Positions 1 to 9,325 of a stretch of DNA of 64,000 nt are shown in pieces. The stretch's first letter is position 1. Every line of letters begins with the position of its first letter. Below the pieces are notes generated by a model. The model did not search any database and had not been told where the DNA came from. It saw only the letters and a list, made by a program, of their open reading frames with translations. Source of the stretch: Acholeplasmataceae bacterium (GTDB taxonomy: Bacteria; Bacillota_I; Bacilli_A; Acholeplasmatales; Acholeplasmataceae); contig OY763415.1 in the NCBI GenBank assembly GCA_963667565.1, positions 1,280,001 to 1,344,000 on the forward strand, given 5' to 3'. A program made the position numbers and the translations under genes.

Positions 1-21
1 TTAACTTGAACCTACAAAGTC

Positions 22-50
22 ATGTTAACACTATTTTGAAAAGATGTCAA
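22..50 (-). promoter_or_regulatory. sigma70-type promoter pointing out of the left edge of the window
   Basis: Minus strand reads TTGACA-17 nt-TAACAT with a TG extended -10. Confidence 0.55.
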
Positions 51-74
51 TAAAATATCTTTGAGTTTTTTATT

Positions 75-200
75 TTACTTAATGATTAAATTTGTAACGT
101 CATTTAAATCAATTAAAATCGCTAGTGCAATAATAATGATAATCAAAATGATGCCACCTAAATAAAACATAATTGGATGCTTTTCTAATAAATCTCTCAT
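75..200 (-). CDS. 41-aa single-pass small membrane protein (below the ORF-track cutoff)
   Basis: MRDLLEKHPIMFYLGGIILIIIIIALAILIDLNDVTNLIIK*; GAGGTG RBS just upstream; extended -10 TGtTATAAC near 228-236. Confidence 0.65.
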   Translation of the reverse strand: MRDLLEKHPIMFYLGGIILIIIIIALAILIDLNDVTNLIIK

Positions 201-316
201 GTCACACCTCAAAAACTTTCCACTTATGTTATAACATTATAAATGTTAAGGATGACTTTTTTTTCATAAAATTTACATTTCAATAAAAAAAGGAATGATC
301 ATATGATCAAACCCTC

Positions 317-919
317 TTATATTTTCTTCTTTTTATTGACCACATATAGGAGATAAGAAAATAACCATATCGCTAATGTGATGGCTACGACATAAACAAA
401 TACGCCTATATATCCAATATCAGTAGGATCTACAAAAAAGTAAGGATACTCATGTGTAAATGCACCTCTGATCATGGCATATATAAAATATAAAACGGGA
501 AAAGCTAATGCTTGATATGTATCTTTAAACATAACTTTGTTTTTAGGTGTGAACACCAAATAATCAACAAGCATTAAAATAGGAATAAGCACATGTTTTA
601 ATAGATTAGGGATTTGATAATAATCAGGCGAACTCAAATCACCTAAAAGTGTATTATATACAATAAATGTAATCATGATAATTAATGTCACATCGAACTT
701 AAGCATATAGTCTTTTTTTAGTGTTTTAACATTGAATACTAATTTATATATTTCATACGAAATCCAAATGAACACAAGAAAATTTGATAAATTCGTATAA
801 TAGTAAATATAGTCTAAATCAAATCTTAGTTGATAAAGTCTTGTTGATTCAAAAAAATTGATGAGTGCAATCAAAAAGAAAATAATTCTATATATCCATA
901 TAAATTTGTTATTTTTCAT
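317..919 (-). CDS. Pr6Pr/FAR-17a-like integral membrane protein
   Basis: About 6 hydrophobic segments; YYTNLSN, H..IP..M..DY and YPYFF motifs. Start moved to MKNNK after an AAAGGA RBS. Confidence 0.7.
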   Translation of the reverse strand: MKNNKFIWIYRIIFFLIALINFFESTRLYQLRFDLDYIYYYTNLSNFLVFIWISYEIYKLVFNVKTLKKDYMLKFDVTLIIMITFIVYNTLLGDLSSPDYYQIPNLLKHVLIPILMLVDYLVFTPKNKVMFKDTYQALAFPVLYFIYAMIRGAFTHEYPYFFVDPTDIGYIGVFVYVVAITLAIWLFSYLLYVVNKKKKI

Positions 920-983
920 ATTGCAATTTCCTTTCACTTAATTAAAAATAATTTTATCATAAACATACTTATGAGTAAAGAAA

Positions 984-1006
984 AATAAAAAGTGCCGCAG
1001 CACTTT
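984..1006 (-). terminator. intrinsic terminator of the DEAD-box helicase gene
   Basis: AAAGTGC-CGCA-GCACTTT hairpin with a T-tract on the minus strand. Confidence 0.65.
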
Positions 1007-2600
1007 ATACTTTTTTAATATGAATCATTTTTCCTTCATAAACAGCTTTTGTTTGTTTCAATTTTGACAATGCTGTTTTTTTGATACCGAAAACTGTTTG
1101 ATTGTTTTCATGTTTAATATCGCCAATATTTTTTTGGAAAATACCAAACGATTGATCCATCATTCTTAAGAATCTAGGTGGTGTCATTTGATCTTTTCTA
1201 CCAATGTTAACTACATAGTCTTGGTAGTCACCTTTTCCTCTTTTACCTTTAAAATCATTATTTTTCTTATCTTCTTTTGATTTCTTAGGATTGATCATTT
1301 CAATATCACTATAATCTTTTGCTTTAGGAATTGTTTGATCTAATAGAATATTAATAAGTTGTTCTTTTGTTGTTTTTTCAAGCAAATCAGCAATTTGATC
1401 TAAGTGGTTTTCTACATCTTCTGATAATTGCTTCATAAGGCTCTTTTTGAATGCATTTATTTGAGCATTTTTAATATCAATTTCTGTTGGAATTTCATTA
1501 AATACAATCGTATGATTAATGTATTTTTCAACATCTTTTAATTGATTTTGTTTTCTTGGGGTTACAAATGAACATGCAAGTCCTTTTTTACCAGCTCTAC
1601 CTGTTCTACCAATTCTATGAACATAGATTTCTAGTTCATGTGGTAAATCATAGTTAATAACAAGTTCAACATCATTGATGTCTAATCCTCTTGCTGCAAC
1701 ATCTGTTCCAACTAAGATTTCTAATTGACGATCTCTAAATCTTCTCATGACATCATTTCTTCCACGTTGTTTAATATCACCGTGAAGTGCATCCGCTAAA
1801 TACCCATGATCTGTTAAATATTCAGTAATTCGATCAACATCTGCTTTTGTGTTAGAGAAAATAATTGTACTTTTTGAATTTGTATAATCTAATACTCTTG
1901 CTAGAAGTGGTAATTTATCTTCATTTTTAACAATATAATAAAATTGTTTAATTTTGTCTACTGTCAAAGTATCACTTTCAACTTTTAAAATGACTGGGTC
2001 GTGTTGATATGTTTTAGCGATTTTTCTAATTGCCGATGGCATCGTTGCTGAAAATAATAAAATTTGTCTACTATCATTGATATGTGACATTATATTTTCA
2101 ATATCTTCTTGGAAACCCATCTTTAGCATTTCATCAGCTTCATCAAGTGCTAACGTCGTAACTTCTTCTAGTTGAATGGTGCCACGATCCATATGATCAA
2201 TCATACGTCCCGGTGTTGCAATCACGATATGTGGTTTCTTTTTAAGTGAAGAAAATTGTTTTTCATACGATTCTCCACCTACGATTAATGCAATATTAAC
2301 ATCCTTGTTAAACTTAACGAGTTTTAACATTTCTTTGTAAACTTGAGTTGCTAGTTCTCTGGTTGGACATACAATTAAACCTTGTGTACGTCTTTCATGT
2401 GTGTTTAGTTTTTCGAGCATTGGTATACCAAATGCAAATGTTTTTCCAGTTCCTGTTTGTGCTTGTCCTATAATATCAAAACCCTCAATAGCTTTAGGTA
2501 TAGCTAATGCTTGAATAGGTGTTGGTGTCTCAAATCCAAGTGCTTCAATTGCTTGTTTAGTTGTTTCTAATACGGGTAAATCTTTAAATAAAATATTCAT
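1005..2600 (-). CDS. DEAD-box RNA helicase (CshA/DeaD-like) with probable C-terminal DbpA-type RNA-binding domain
   Basis: Q motif (GFETPTPIQ), AQTGTGKT, PTRELA, TPGR, DEAD, SAT, ARGLD, HRIGRTGRAG. Confidence 0.95.
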   Translation of the reverse strand: MNILFKDLPVLETTKQAIEALGFETPTPIQALAIPKAIEGFDIIGQAQTGTGKTFAFGIPMLEKLNTHERRTQGLIVCPTRELATQVYKEMLKLVKFNKDVNIALIVGGESYEKQFSSLKKKPHIVIATPGRMIDHMDRGTIQLEEVTTLALDEADEMLKMGFQEDIENIMSHINDSRQILLFSATMPSAIRKIAKTYQHDPVILKVESDTLTVDKIKQFYYIVKNEDKLPLLARVLDYTNSKSTIIFSNTKADVDRITEYLTDHGYLADALHGDIKQRGRNDVMRRFRDRQLEILVGTDVAARGLDINDVELVINYDLPHELEIYVHRIGRTGRAGKKGLACSFVTPRKQNQLKDVEKYINHTIVFNEIPTEIDIKNAQINAFKKSLMKQLSEDVENHLDQIADLLEKTTKEQLINILLDQTIPKAKDYSDIEMINPKKSKEDKKNNDFKGKRGKGDYQDYVVNIGRKDQMTPPRFLRMMDQSFGIFQKNIGDIKHENNQTVFGIKKTALSKLKQTKAVYEGKMIHIKKV

Positions 2601-2686
2601 GTTTTTCCTACTATTCTTTATGTGCTTTATTCAAGCCTTATTAAGTATACCACATTTATTGATTTTGTGATAATTTTTGTTCAAAT

Positions 2687-2713
2687 AAAAAAGTGATGAA
2701 GTCTCACCACTTT
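2687..2713 (-). terminator. intrinsic terminator of the PadR operon
   Basis: Minus strand AAAGTGGTGA-GACT-TCATCACTTTTT. Confidence 0.6.
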
Positions 2714-2720
2714 ATCATCG

Positions 2721-3614
2721 TTAACTAATATTGATACTACCTGTATCCGTTGTAGCATTTAAATAATAATTACTATCTGTTAGTACTAAGTTATATTCGT
2801 TTCCTTCAGACAAGTTATTAACTTTTACTGTTCCTGTGTCTGTTTGTAATTTCAACGTTCTATTTGTTAGATCAAGATCCGTTGTGTAAATAGAGCCTGT
2901 ATTGCTTTCAAGATCGATTTTGCTAGCATCAACTTGATTTAAATAAATAGAACCTGTATCCACATTGACATCTATTTGATAAACTTCAACACTTGTGATA
3001 TAAACAGAATTTCCTGTATTTGTATCTATACTCAATTTTGTATCTATATTGCCTAAATCATAGTGAACTGAACCAGTTGCTGTATCAAGTGTAGCTGATG
3101 CAGCATCGATATCTTCGATATCAATACGACCAGTATCTGTTTTCAAATTAAGATCACCAACATTTAAAAAATGATTTACAATAATATCTCCTGTGTTTGT
3201 AATTGCATCAATATCAAAGGATTGGCTTGCAGGAATGCTTATCGTTAATGTTAGTACTTCTCTAGATGCGAAACTCCAAGAAAACCAATGATTAATTGTA
3301 AATTCTTCATCTAAAGTCACTTTTAACACGTGATCAACAAGTGTAACGCTCCAAATATCATCTTCTTTTTCATAATATGAAACTGAGATAGAATCATCTT
3401 CAGAAGGTACAATCACAACGTTTCTTGTTGTGACATCAACTTCTAATGTTTGTATCGTTTCTTGATATGTATATGGATCAACTAATTGATAGTCTTCATC
3501 ATTAGTAATAAATGTCGTAATATCACCAAAACTTGCACCCATCGCGATACCACCAATCACTAATAAAATACCAGCGGCTATAAAGAAAACAATCATCGTT
3601 TTAAATAATTTCAT
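2721..3614 (-). CDS. DUF4097 family beta-strand repeat protein (adhesin-like), N-terminal membrane anchor
   Basis: Repeated TxTGxI units; hydrophobic N-terminus; typical partner of PadR and DUF1700 genes. Confidence 0.8.
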   Translation of the reverse strand: MKLFKTMIVFFIAAGILLVIGGIAMGASFGDITTFITNDEDYQLVDPYTYQETIQTLEVDVTTRNVVIVPSEDDSISVSYYEKEDDIWSVTLVDHVLKVTLDEEFTINHWFSWSFASREVLTLTISIPASQSFDIDAITNTGDIIVNHFLNVGDLNLKTDTGRIDIEDIDAASATLDTATGSVHYDLGNIDTKLSIDTNTGNSVYITSVEVYQIDVNVDTGSIYLNQVDASKIDLESNTGSIYTTDLDLTNRTLKLQTDTGTVKVNNLSEGNEYNLVLTDSNYYLNATTDTGSINIS

Positions 3615-4191
3615 CTTGACCCCTCTTTCTAACAATAAGTTTACTAAACCATATTGCTAACTGTTGTAATATAATCCATGAAAATTTAACAAATATGTAA
3701 CCTAATGCAAGTAAGCCACCAAAAGTGATAAATCCAATCCCAAATGAAACAAGCAATTCGGGAAGTGCAAGTCCTAAAGTGATGACTTTTATAACATATG
3801 CAACAATTGTAATAAACGCACTTGCAATAATTACAAATCCACTAAAGATGAATGAAATTGCTACAATCATTAACGATACATAAACAATACCTAGTGGAAG
3901 TAAAATCGGTGATGAGAATAAAACTAATAAGATTAACCATGCATTTTTACTCATTGTTTTTTCTCTACCTGAACGTTTAGACAAAACTTTAGGAACCATT
4001 TGTTTTGCAATTTTTTTAGGATCATATTGATTTAATATGCTATCAATATTTTCACCATCGTCAAGTTTATCATTAACCATTTCTTCATAGTAATCAATAA
4101 TTTCGTTTACTTCATCATTATTTATATATTTATCCAGTTCTTTTTCTAATTGATTTAACCATTGCTTTAGTTTTCTACTTTCGTTCATCAT
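3601..4191 (-). CDS. DUF1700 (HAAS domain) membrane protein
   Basis: N-terminal 'L..LEKEL...EI.DYYEE...D....GE...I...DPK.IAK' followed by TM helices. Confidence 0.8.
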   Translation of the reverse strand: MMNESRKLKQWLNQLEKELDKYINNDEVNEIIDYYEEMVNDKLDDGENIDSILNQYDPKKIAKQMVPKVLSKRSGREKTMSKNAWLILLVLFSSPILLPLGIVYVSLMIVAISFIFSGFVIIASAFITIVAYVIKVITLGLALPELLVSFGIGFITFGGLLALGYIFVKFSWIILQQLAIWFSKLIVRKRGQDEII

Positions 4192-4198
4192 TAACCCC

Positions 4199-4504
4199 TC
4201 ATTCTTTAGTCAAGATATCATATATTTTTTTAATATCTTTCCATTCATCTAAAAAATCATCTATTTGAAGAAATCCTTCTTTCGTGATTTTATAATATTT
4301 TCTATTTCTTCCATTAAATAACCGATTATAAGTTTTTAAGTGCTCTTGTTTTTCTAATCTTCTTAAAATGGGATATAGTGTAGACTCACTGATTTCTATA
4401 TATGGTGTTAAGTCAGTAATAAGTTTGTAGCCATATGAATCTTCTTTTGATAACATTGCTAAAACAAATATTTCTAAAACACCTTTTTTAAGTTGTTGTT
4501 TCAT
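4199..4504 (-). CDS. PadR family transcriptional regulator
   Basis: QLKKGVLE..VL..L...DSYGY, ESTLYPILRRLE, RKYYKIT; GGAGG RBS before the ATG at 4504. Confidence 0.92.
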   Translation of the reverse strand: MKQQLKKGVLEIFVLAMLSKEDSYGYKLITDLTPYIEISESTLYPILRRLEKQEHLKTYNRLFNGRNRKYYKITKEGFLQIDDFLDEWKDIKKIYDILTKE

Positions 4505-4525
4505 AGATACCTCCATTTCAACAAT

Positions 4526-4555
4526 ATTATACATTGCATAGTATATAGTTGTCAA
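4526..4555 (-). promoter_or_regulatory. promoter of the PadR operon with overlapping palindromic operator
   Basis: TTGACA-18-TATAAT on the minus strand; TATAC-N8-GTATA palindrome at 4528-4545 overlaps the -10. Confidence 0.7.
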
Positions 4556-4556
4556 T

Positions 4557-4581
4557 AAAAAAAGATGCTTTTGACATCTTT
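4557..4581 (-). terminator. intrinsic terminator after the flavodoxin gene
   Basis: AAAGATG-N7-CATCTTT plus a T-tract on the minus strand. Confidence 0.55.
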
Positions 4582-4583
4582 AA

Positions 4584-5009
4584 TTATTTGTTTTCATATT
4601 TATCCCCATATCTAAAAGATAGTTCTTCAACAATCTCATTAGAATGGTCAATATATCGCTTAAAATGATTAAGTGCTTTTCCTGGTCCACCTTCATGTGT
4701 AATCAAAGTTGTCACTTTTTTATGTTTAAACTTATTTTTCATTAAGAACTTTTTCATAAATGGTGCAATCGTAAATGCCCATACTGGTGATGCGAGAACT
4801 ATCTCATCATACTTATCAAAGTCAATATCAAATTCATGATATTTTAATTTTGAATTAAGTGTAGCAAACATCCCAAGATATGCAAGTTGCCAAAAGTAGC
4901 TTCTAGGAATTTTTATTTTACCTTTAAGTCTAAAGAAATCACCTTCAAATAATTCTTTCACTTTTTTATCTGTATGTCCACTTAATGAATAATAGATAAT
5001 TGCTTTCAT
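4584..5009 (-). CDS. flavodoxin family protein
   Basis: YYSLSGHT phosphate loop; YDEIVLASPVW; THEGG. Confidence 0.8.
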   Translation of the reverse strand: MKAIIYYSLSGHTDKKVKELFEGDFFRLKGKIKIPRSYFWQLAYLGMFATLNSKLKYHEFDIDFDKYDEIVLASPVWAFTIAPFMKKFLMKNKFKHKKVTTLITHEGGPGKALNHFKRYIDHSNEIVEELSFRYGDKYENK

Positions 5010-5039
5010 AAAATCACCTCTATACTTTTATTTTATACC

Positions 5040-5077
5040 AAAAAGATGAAACCTAAAAAGAAAGTTTCATCTTTTTT
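5040..5077. terminator. intrinsic terminator after the ABC permease
   Basis: AAAAAGATGAAAC...GTTTCATCTTTTT long inverted repeat. Confidence 0.7.
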
Positions 5078-5092
5078 ACATGAATTCGTATT

Positions 5093-6265
5093 TTATTTAT
5101 TAAACATGATCTTTTCTGAATTAAACATCTTAGTTAAAATCCAGACTCCAATTGATACGATGACAAGGTTTGATCCGATAGTAATTGCTAAATATCCTGG
5201 ATTCACAGTTAAACTTAAAATGCTTGTGATACTTTGAACTGAATTATACAAAGGAATAAAATATGCGTATAAACTTGAACTTGTTGTTCCTAACATAGAT
5301 GAAATTCCTATAAGCATATTAAGCATCATAAATGGAATAGCAAGTGATGCTGCTTCTTTAATTGTCTTAGCATACGCAGATACAATTGATAATAATACTA
5401 CATAAATAAGCACTGTTGAAATGATGACAATAAATAATAAGATATATGTTCCAGCACCATACATGCTTACGGTGACATTAGCCCCGCCTAATAATTTTGG
5501 TAAAGACAACATCACGCCAGCAAATGAAGAAGTCGCACTAACTAAGGTAATCATACTTAATGAGATAATCTTTCCAAGCGCAATCTCACTTCTCTTTGTT
5601 GGTGTCATAAGAAGTGTAGCAATCGTTCCTCGTTCTTTTTCACCAGCAATTGATTCTGATGATACAGACATTGCTCCACTAAATAAGAATGTCATTAACA
5701 AAAATGGTAATAAGGTTGTAATGAGTTTAATCGACAAATCATTTTCAGTTGCTTGATCATATGAAACATCTGTTTCTCTATTGATATCAAATTTATTTGA
5801 AAGTTGAGATTCATAATAATCAAATACAGAAACATAATAACTATAGATTGCACTTGATTCATTACTTGTAGAATTATAAAATATTTGAATTTCTGGTGCA
5901 TCTCCATTACCAACAGTATAATCCATCATATCTTGATAAAAATTAGTATCAAATTTGATGTATAAGTCAACTGTCTTATTTTCAATAGCTTTTAAAATAT
6001 CTGCATCTGACATATCTGGTGTCAAAACAGTGATATTAAATGCTTCACTATGGTTAAATCCATCTAATTCAGTTGGTTGATTTTCCACATATACTTGATA
6101 TTCGTAAGTAGGATCTACAGAAGATAACTGTGAAGTGAAGTTACCCATAATAGAATATAATACAAAGATTAAAACCCCTGGAAGAATGAGTGAAATAAGC
6201 ATTCTTCTATCTGTAAATACACGTTTAAGTTCTTTTTTTATCATTGTGATAACATTATTACTCAT
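5093..6265 (-). CDS. ABC-2 exporter permease (NatB-like)
   Basis: KKELKR..TDRR N-terminus; SIAGEKERGTIATLLMTP; multiple TM segments. Confidence 0.85.
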   Translation of the reverse strand: MSNNVITMIKKELKRVFTDRRMLISLILPGVLIFVLYSIMGNFTSQLSSVDPTYEYQVYVENQPTELDGFNHSEAFNITVLTPDMSDADILKAIENKTVDLYIKFDTNFYQDMMDYTVGNGDAPEIQIFYNSTSNESSAIYSYYVSVFDYYESQLSNKFDINRETDVSYDQATENDLSIKLITTLLPFLLMTFLFSGAMSVSSESIAGEKERGTIATLLMTPTKRSEIALGKIISLSMITLVSATSSFAGVMLSLPKLLGGANVTVSMYGAGTYILLFIVIISTVLIYVVLLSIVSAYAKTIKEAASLAIPFMMLNMLIGISSMLGTTSSSLYAYFIPLYNSVQSITSILSLTVNPGYLAITIGSNLVIVSIGVWILTKMFNSEKIMFNK

Positions 6266-7037
6266 GTGATTCACCTCTATGATCTTCATAAAGTTCAAAG
6301 AACACATCTTCTAGTGTTTTTTCTTTAGTCATATTTTCTACACTATCTTCTAGCGCCATTTTACCATCAATGATAATACCCACTCTATCACATAACTTCT
6401 CAACTAATGAGAAAATATGCGTTGATAAAATAACTGTTTTGCCTTCCTTCTTTAAATCAATTAAGAAGTCAGTTACTGTTTTAGCAGTAATAATATCAAG
6501 GCCGTTCGTTGGTTCATCAAAGATAATGATATTTGGGTTATGGACTAGTGAAATCACGAGTGAAACTTTTTGTTTCATCCCAGTTGATAAATCTGCAACT
6601 TTAACTTCCATGAATTCATCAATGCCAAATTTTTTAAACATGATTTCTTTTCGTTCGTTTGCGATTTTTTCATCTACTTGATGTAATTTACTAAAATAAT
6701 CATATAAATAATTAGGTGTAAAAAAATCTTCAAGTTTTAACTCACTTGTTAAAAATCCTATTTTCGCATGAACAATACTTGGATCATCATTAATGGAAAC
6801 TCCATCAATGGTTGCTTCTCCTTGATCTGGTTTAATGAGTGCAGCTAACATTCTTAAAGTTGTTGTTTTACCTGCACCATTTGGCCCAAGTAAGCCATAT
6901 ATTTCTCCTTCATATGCGGAAAAGCTTAAATGATCTACAGCAACTTTTTTTGTTTCTTTTGTATTTTGAATTTTTTGTTGTTTTTTTGATAAGTTAAATG
7001 TTTTAACTAAATCATTTACTTCTAGTAATGCTTTCAT
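6258..7037 (-). CDS. ABC exporter ATP-binding protein (NatA-like)
   Basis: Walker A GPNGAGKTT, signature LSTGMKQK, Walker B IIIFDEPT, H-loop STH. Confidence 0.9.
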   Translation of the reverse strand: MKALLEVNDLVKTFNLSKKQQKIQNTKETKKVAVDHLSFSAYEGEIYGLLGPNGAGKTTTLRMLAALIKPDQGEATIDGVSINDDPSIVHAKIGFLTSELKLEDFFTPNYLYDYFSKLHQVDEKIANERKEIMFKKFGIDEFMEVKVADLSTGMKQKVSLVISLVHNPNIIIFDEPTNGLDIITAKTVTDFLIDLKKEGKTVILSTHIFSLVEKLCDRVGIIIDGKMALEDSVENMTKEKTLEDVFFELYEDHRGESHE

Positions 7038-7049
7038 TTACTATCCTCC

Positions 7050-7460
7050 TTAAAATTTCTTTTGATATATATATCCCATTGCTTGGATAAATAAAGTTTC
7101 GAATAAAATCATGCCTGCAATTGCTAATGATATAATTTGTAGTGTTTCAAACAAACCAAAGACAACCACTAAAATAACTGATAATAAAATATGGAAATAA
7201 TAACCCGCACTCATTTGTTTTTCCTTGATCATGATGATTCGCTCATCACTTTCACTAATTTCTACTTTTTTCATAAACGTCTTACTATTTTGTGCAATTA
7301 AAGAAAACAATATGACTGTGATTCCAAATGATAACGTAAATCCACTTAAATAATCATTTAAAAAATGTAGTGCAAAATTAAGGGAAAACACAAATAATGA
7401 TATGAGTCCGATGATTAACATCCATTGTAAATATTTTTTTGTAAATGACTTACGCTTCAT
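7050..7460 (-). CDS. 4-TM membrane protein of the type found beside small XRE regulators
   Basis: Four hydrophobic segments with a central DER motif; overlaps the XRE gene. Confidence 0.7.
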   Translation of the reverse strand: MKRKSFTKKYLQWMLIIGLISLFVFSLNFALHFLNDYLSGFTLSFGITVILFSLIAQNSKTFMKKVEISESDERIIMIKEKQMSAGYYFHILLSVILVVVFGLFETLQIISLAIAGMILFETLFIQAMGYIYQKKF

Positions 7461-7663
7461 CTGTCTTCCTCCTCATCATAAATAAATATATGTTCTATTG
7501 TAGTTTCAAATAACTTAGCAATCTTAAAAGCCAAAACAATCGAAGGGTTATATTTTCCTTTTTCAAGAGAAATAATCGTTTGTCTAGAAACTTTGAGCAT
7601 CTGCGCAAGTTCTTCTTGATTTAAATTTTTCTCTTTCCTTAATTGTTCAAGCATGTTTTTCAT
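7457..7663 (-). CDS. XRE/Cro-CI helix-turn-helix regulator
   Basis: LRKEKNLNQEELA..LKVSRQTIISLEKGKYNPSIVLAFKIA; GGAG RBS. Confidence 0.92.
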   Translation of the reverse strand: MKNMLEQLRKEKNLNQEELAQMLKVSRQTIISLEKGKYNPSIVLAFKIAKLFETTIEHIFIYDEEEDR

Positions 7664-7674
7664 ATCATCACTCC

Positions 7675-7740
7675 AATGTAAAACTAACTTTACATTTATC
7701 ATTATACAACGAAAAAGTTTAATGTCAAGCGCGCTTTACA
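7675..7740 (-). promoter_or_regulatory. XRE operon promoter with two operator palindromes
   Basis: -35 TTGACA (7723-7728) and -10 TATAAT (7701-7706); AATGTAAA-N6-TTTACATT (7675-7696) and TGTCAAG-CGCG-CTTTACA (7723-7740). Confidence 0.75.
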
Positions 7741-7770
7741 AAAAAAGCACATGAGATTGTGCCTTTTTTT
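7741..7770. terminator. intrinsic terminator after the GH13 amylase
   Basis: GCACA-TGAGAT-TGTGC flanked by A and T tracts. Confidence 0.6.
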
Positions 7771-7792
7771 ACTTAAAAAACTTGATTACTCA

Positions 7793-9205
7793 TTATTTTG
7801 TAAAAATTAAATACTGATACCCTTCAAGTATAAATGTTTGATATTCTTCTAATTTAACTTGATTACCACTAGAATCGGTCCAATAATCCATATAAGTATT
7901 CATCTCAACTGTTTGTGTGATGGTATAAGAAGATAAATTTGCTACTACAAGCACGTAGTCATCTGATGCTTCATCAAAGCGAACAAATGCAAGTATATCT
8001 GGATCATTGACATATAAAAAGTCAGTAGAATTCGTGAAATTATCATTATATAGTGCTTCATGATTGACTTTTAAATCAATAAGAGATTCTAAAAAAGGTT
8101 GATCATCATATTGATTCCAATTGATTTGATCTTTTTCGAAAAATTGAAGCATGTGTTCACTTGAGGACTCTTGTCCAGAATAAATAAGTGGCATACCAGG
8201 TAATGTAAATGTAAGCATTGTCATCAAAGATTTGCTTTCACCAAATCTAGATTCTATGGTTCCTTCCCATGAGTTAATATCATGATTTGTCATAAAATTT
8301 AATGGAAATGCACCATAAGGATATCTTTGGTTTGCAAATTTTAAGTAGTTTATTAAATCAATGACTTGTTCATTTTGTTGATAAATTGATTGTAAATGAG
8401 CAAGCAAATCCCAGCCACCATAATTGGCATCAAATGTATCAAACCAATCAGATCTTGTATTATCTTCAGCTAAGAAAAAGATGTCCTCTTTGAGACTTGC
8501 GACTCTACTTCTTAATGTTTCCCATGTGCTTTTTTCAACACCGCTTGCAAAATCACATCTAAATCCATCAATATCAAAATCATGAATCCAAAAGTATAAA
8601 ACATCTCCCAATGCTTGTATCGTATCGCTTCTAGAAGTATCTAGTTCAGCTACATCATACCAAGTAGTTCCTATCGGATGTGTAATCTCTCCATTGACAT
8701 GTAGGTAATACTCAGGATGGTCACTTATCCAATCATGGTCCCAACCCGTATGATTAAAGACAATATCCATCACAATTTTAAATCCCATATCTTTAGCCGT
8801 TTGTACTAAATGCCTATAATCTTCAAGCGTACCAAATTCAGGATTCACACTATAATAATCTTTAATTGAATAATAAGAACCTAACGTACCTATTCTATTC
8901 ACTAAAGATATCTCATGTATAGGCATAAACCATAATATTTCAACACCTAGTTCTTTAAGTCTAGGTAAATTTGATTCGAATGCTCGAAATGTGCCTTCTT
9001 CACTATATTGTCTAAAATTGACTTCATACATGACGCTATCATTCATCCAATCAGGCATAGAAATACTTGATGTACTTATGTTTTGATTATCACCAATATA
9101 AGTAGGTAGATGACTTGAAAAGACATAGGGGTCTTCCGTGCTGCATGAAGTGAGCATCAACAAACTCATAAATATATATAATATGTATATTTTTTTATTT
9201 CTCAT
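7793..9205 (-). CDS. GH13 alpha-amylase family lipoprotein
   Basis: Lipobox LTSC; DIVFNH, GFRCD (nucleophile), LAE (acid/base), NHD. Confidence 0.88.
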   Translation of the reverse strand: MRNKKIYILYIFMSLLMLTSCSTEDPYVFSSHLPTYIGDNQNISTSSISMPDWMNDSVMYEVNFRQYSEEGTFRAFESNLPRLKELGVEILWFMPIHEISLVNRIGTLGSYYSIKDYYSVNPEFGTLEDYRHLVQTAKDMGFKIVMDIVFNHTGWDHDWISDHPEYYLHVNGEITHPIGTTWYDVAELDTSRSDTIQALGDVLYFWIHDFDIDGFRCDFASGVEKSTWETLRSRVASLKEDIFFLAEDNTRSDWFDTFDANYGGWDLLAHLQSIYQQNEQVIDLINYLKFANQRYPYGAFPLNFMTNHDINSWEGTIESRFGESKSLMTMLTFTLPGMPLIYSGQESSSEHMLQFFEKDQINWNQYDDQPFLESLIDLKVNHEALYNDNFTNSTDFLYVNDPDILAFVRFDEASDDYVLVVANLSSYTITQTVEMNTYMDYWTDSSGNQVKLEEYQTFILEGYQYLIFTK

Positions 9206-9325
9206 GATTGAACCTCATCTGTGTGACTTACTTATATTATACACAATTATATCGATACATCGATTGTATAAATAGGGGTTTCATGCTATAGTTATTATAT
9301 AATAATAACTAATGTGAGGTTATAT

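Noticed and set aside
7793..9205. GH13 amylase lipoprotein as part of the beta-1,2-glucan system
   Set aside because: It has alpha-glucan family motifs, is divergently transcribed and lacks the shared operators; adjacency alone is not enough.
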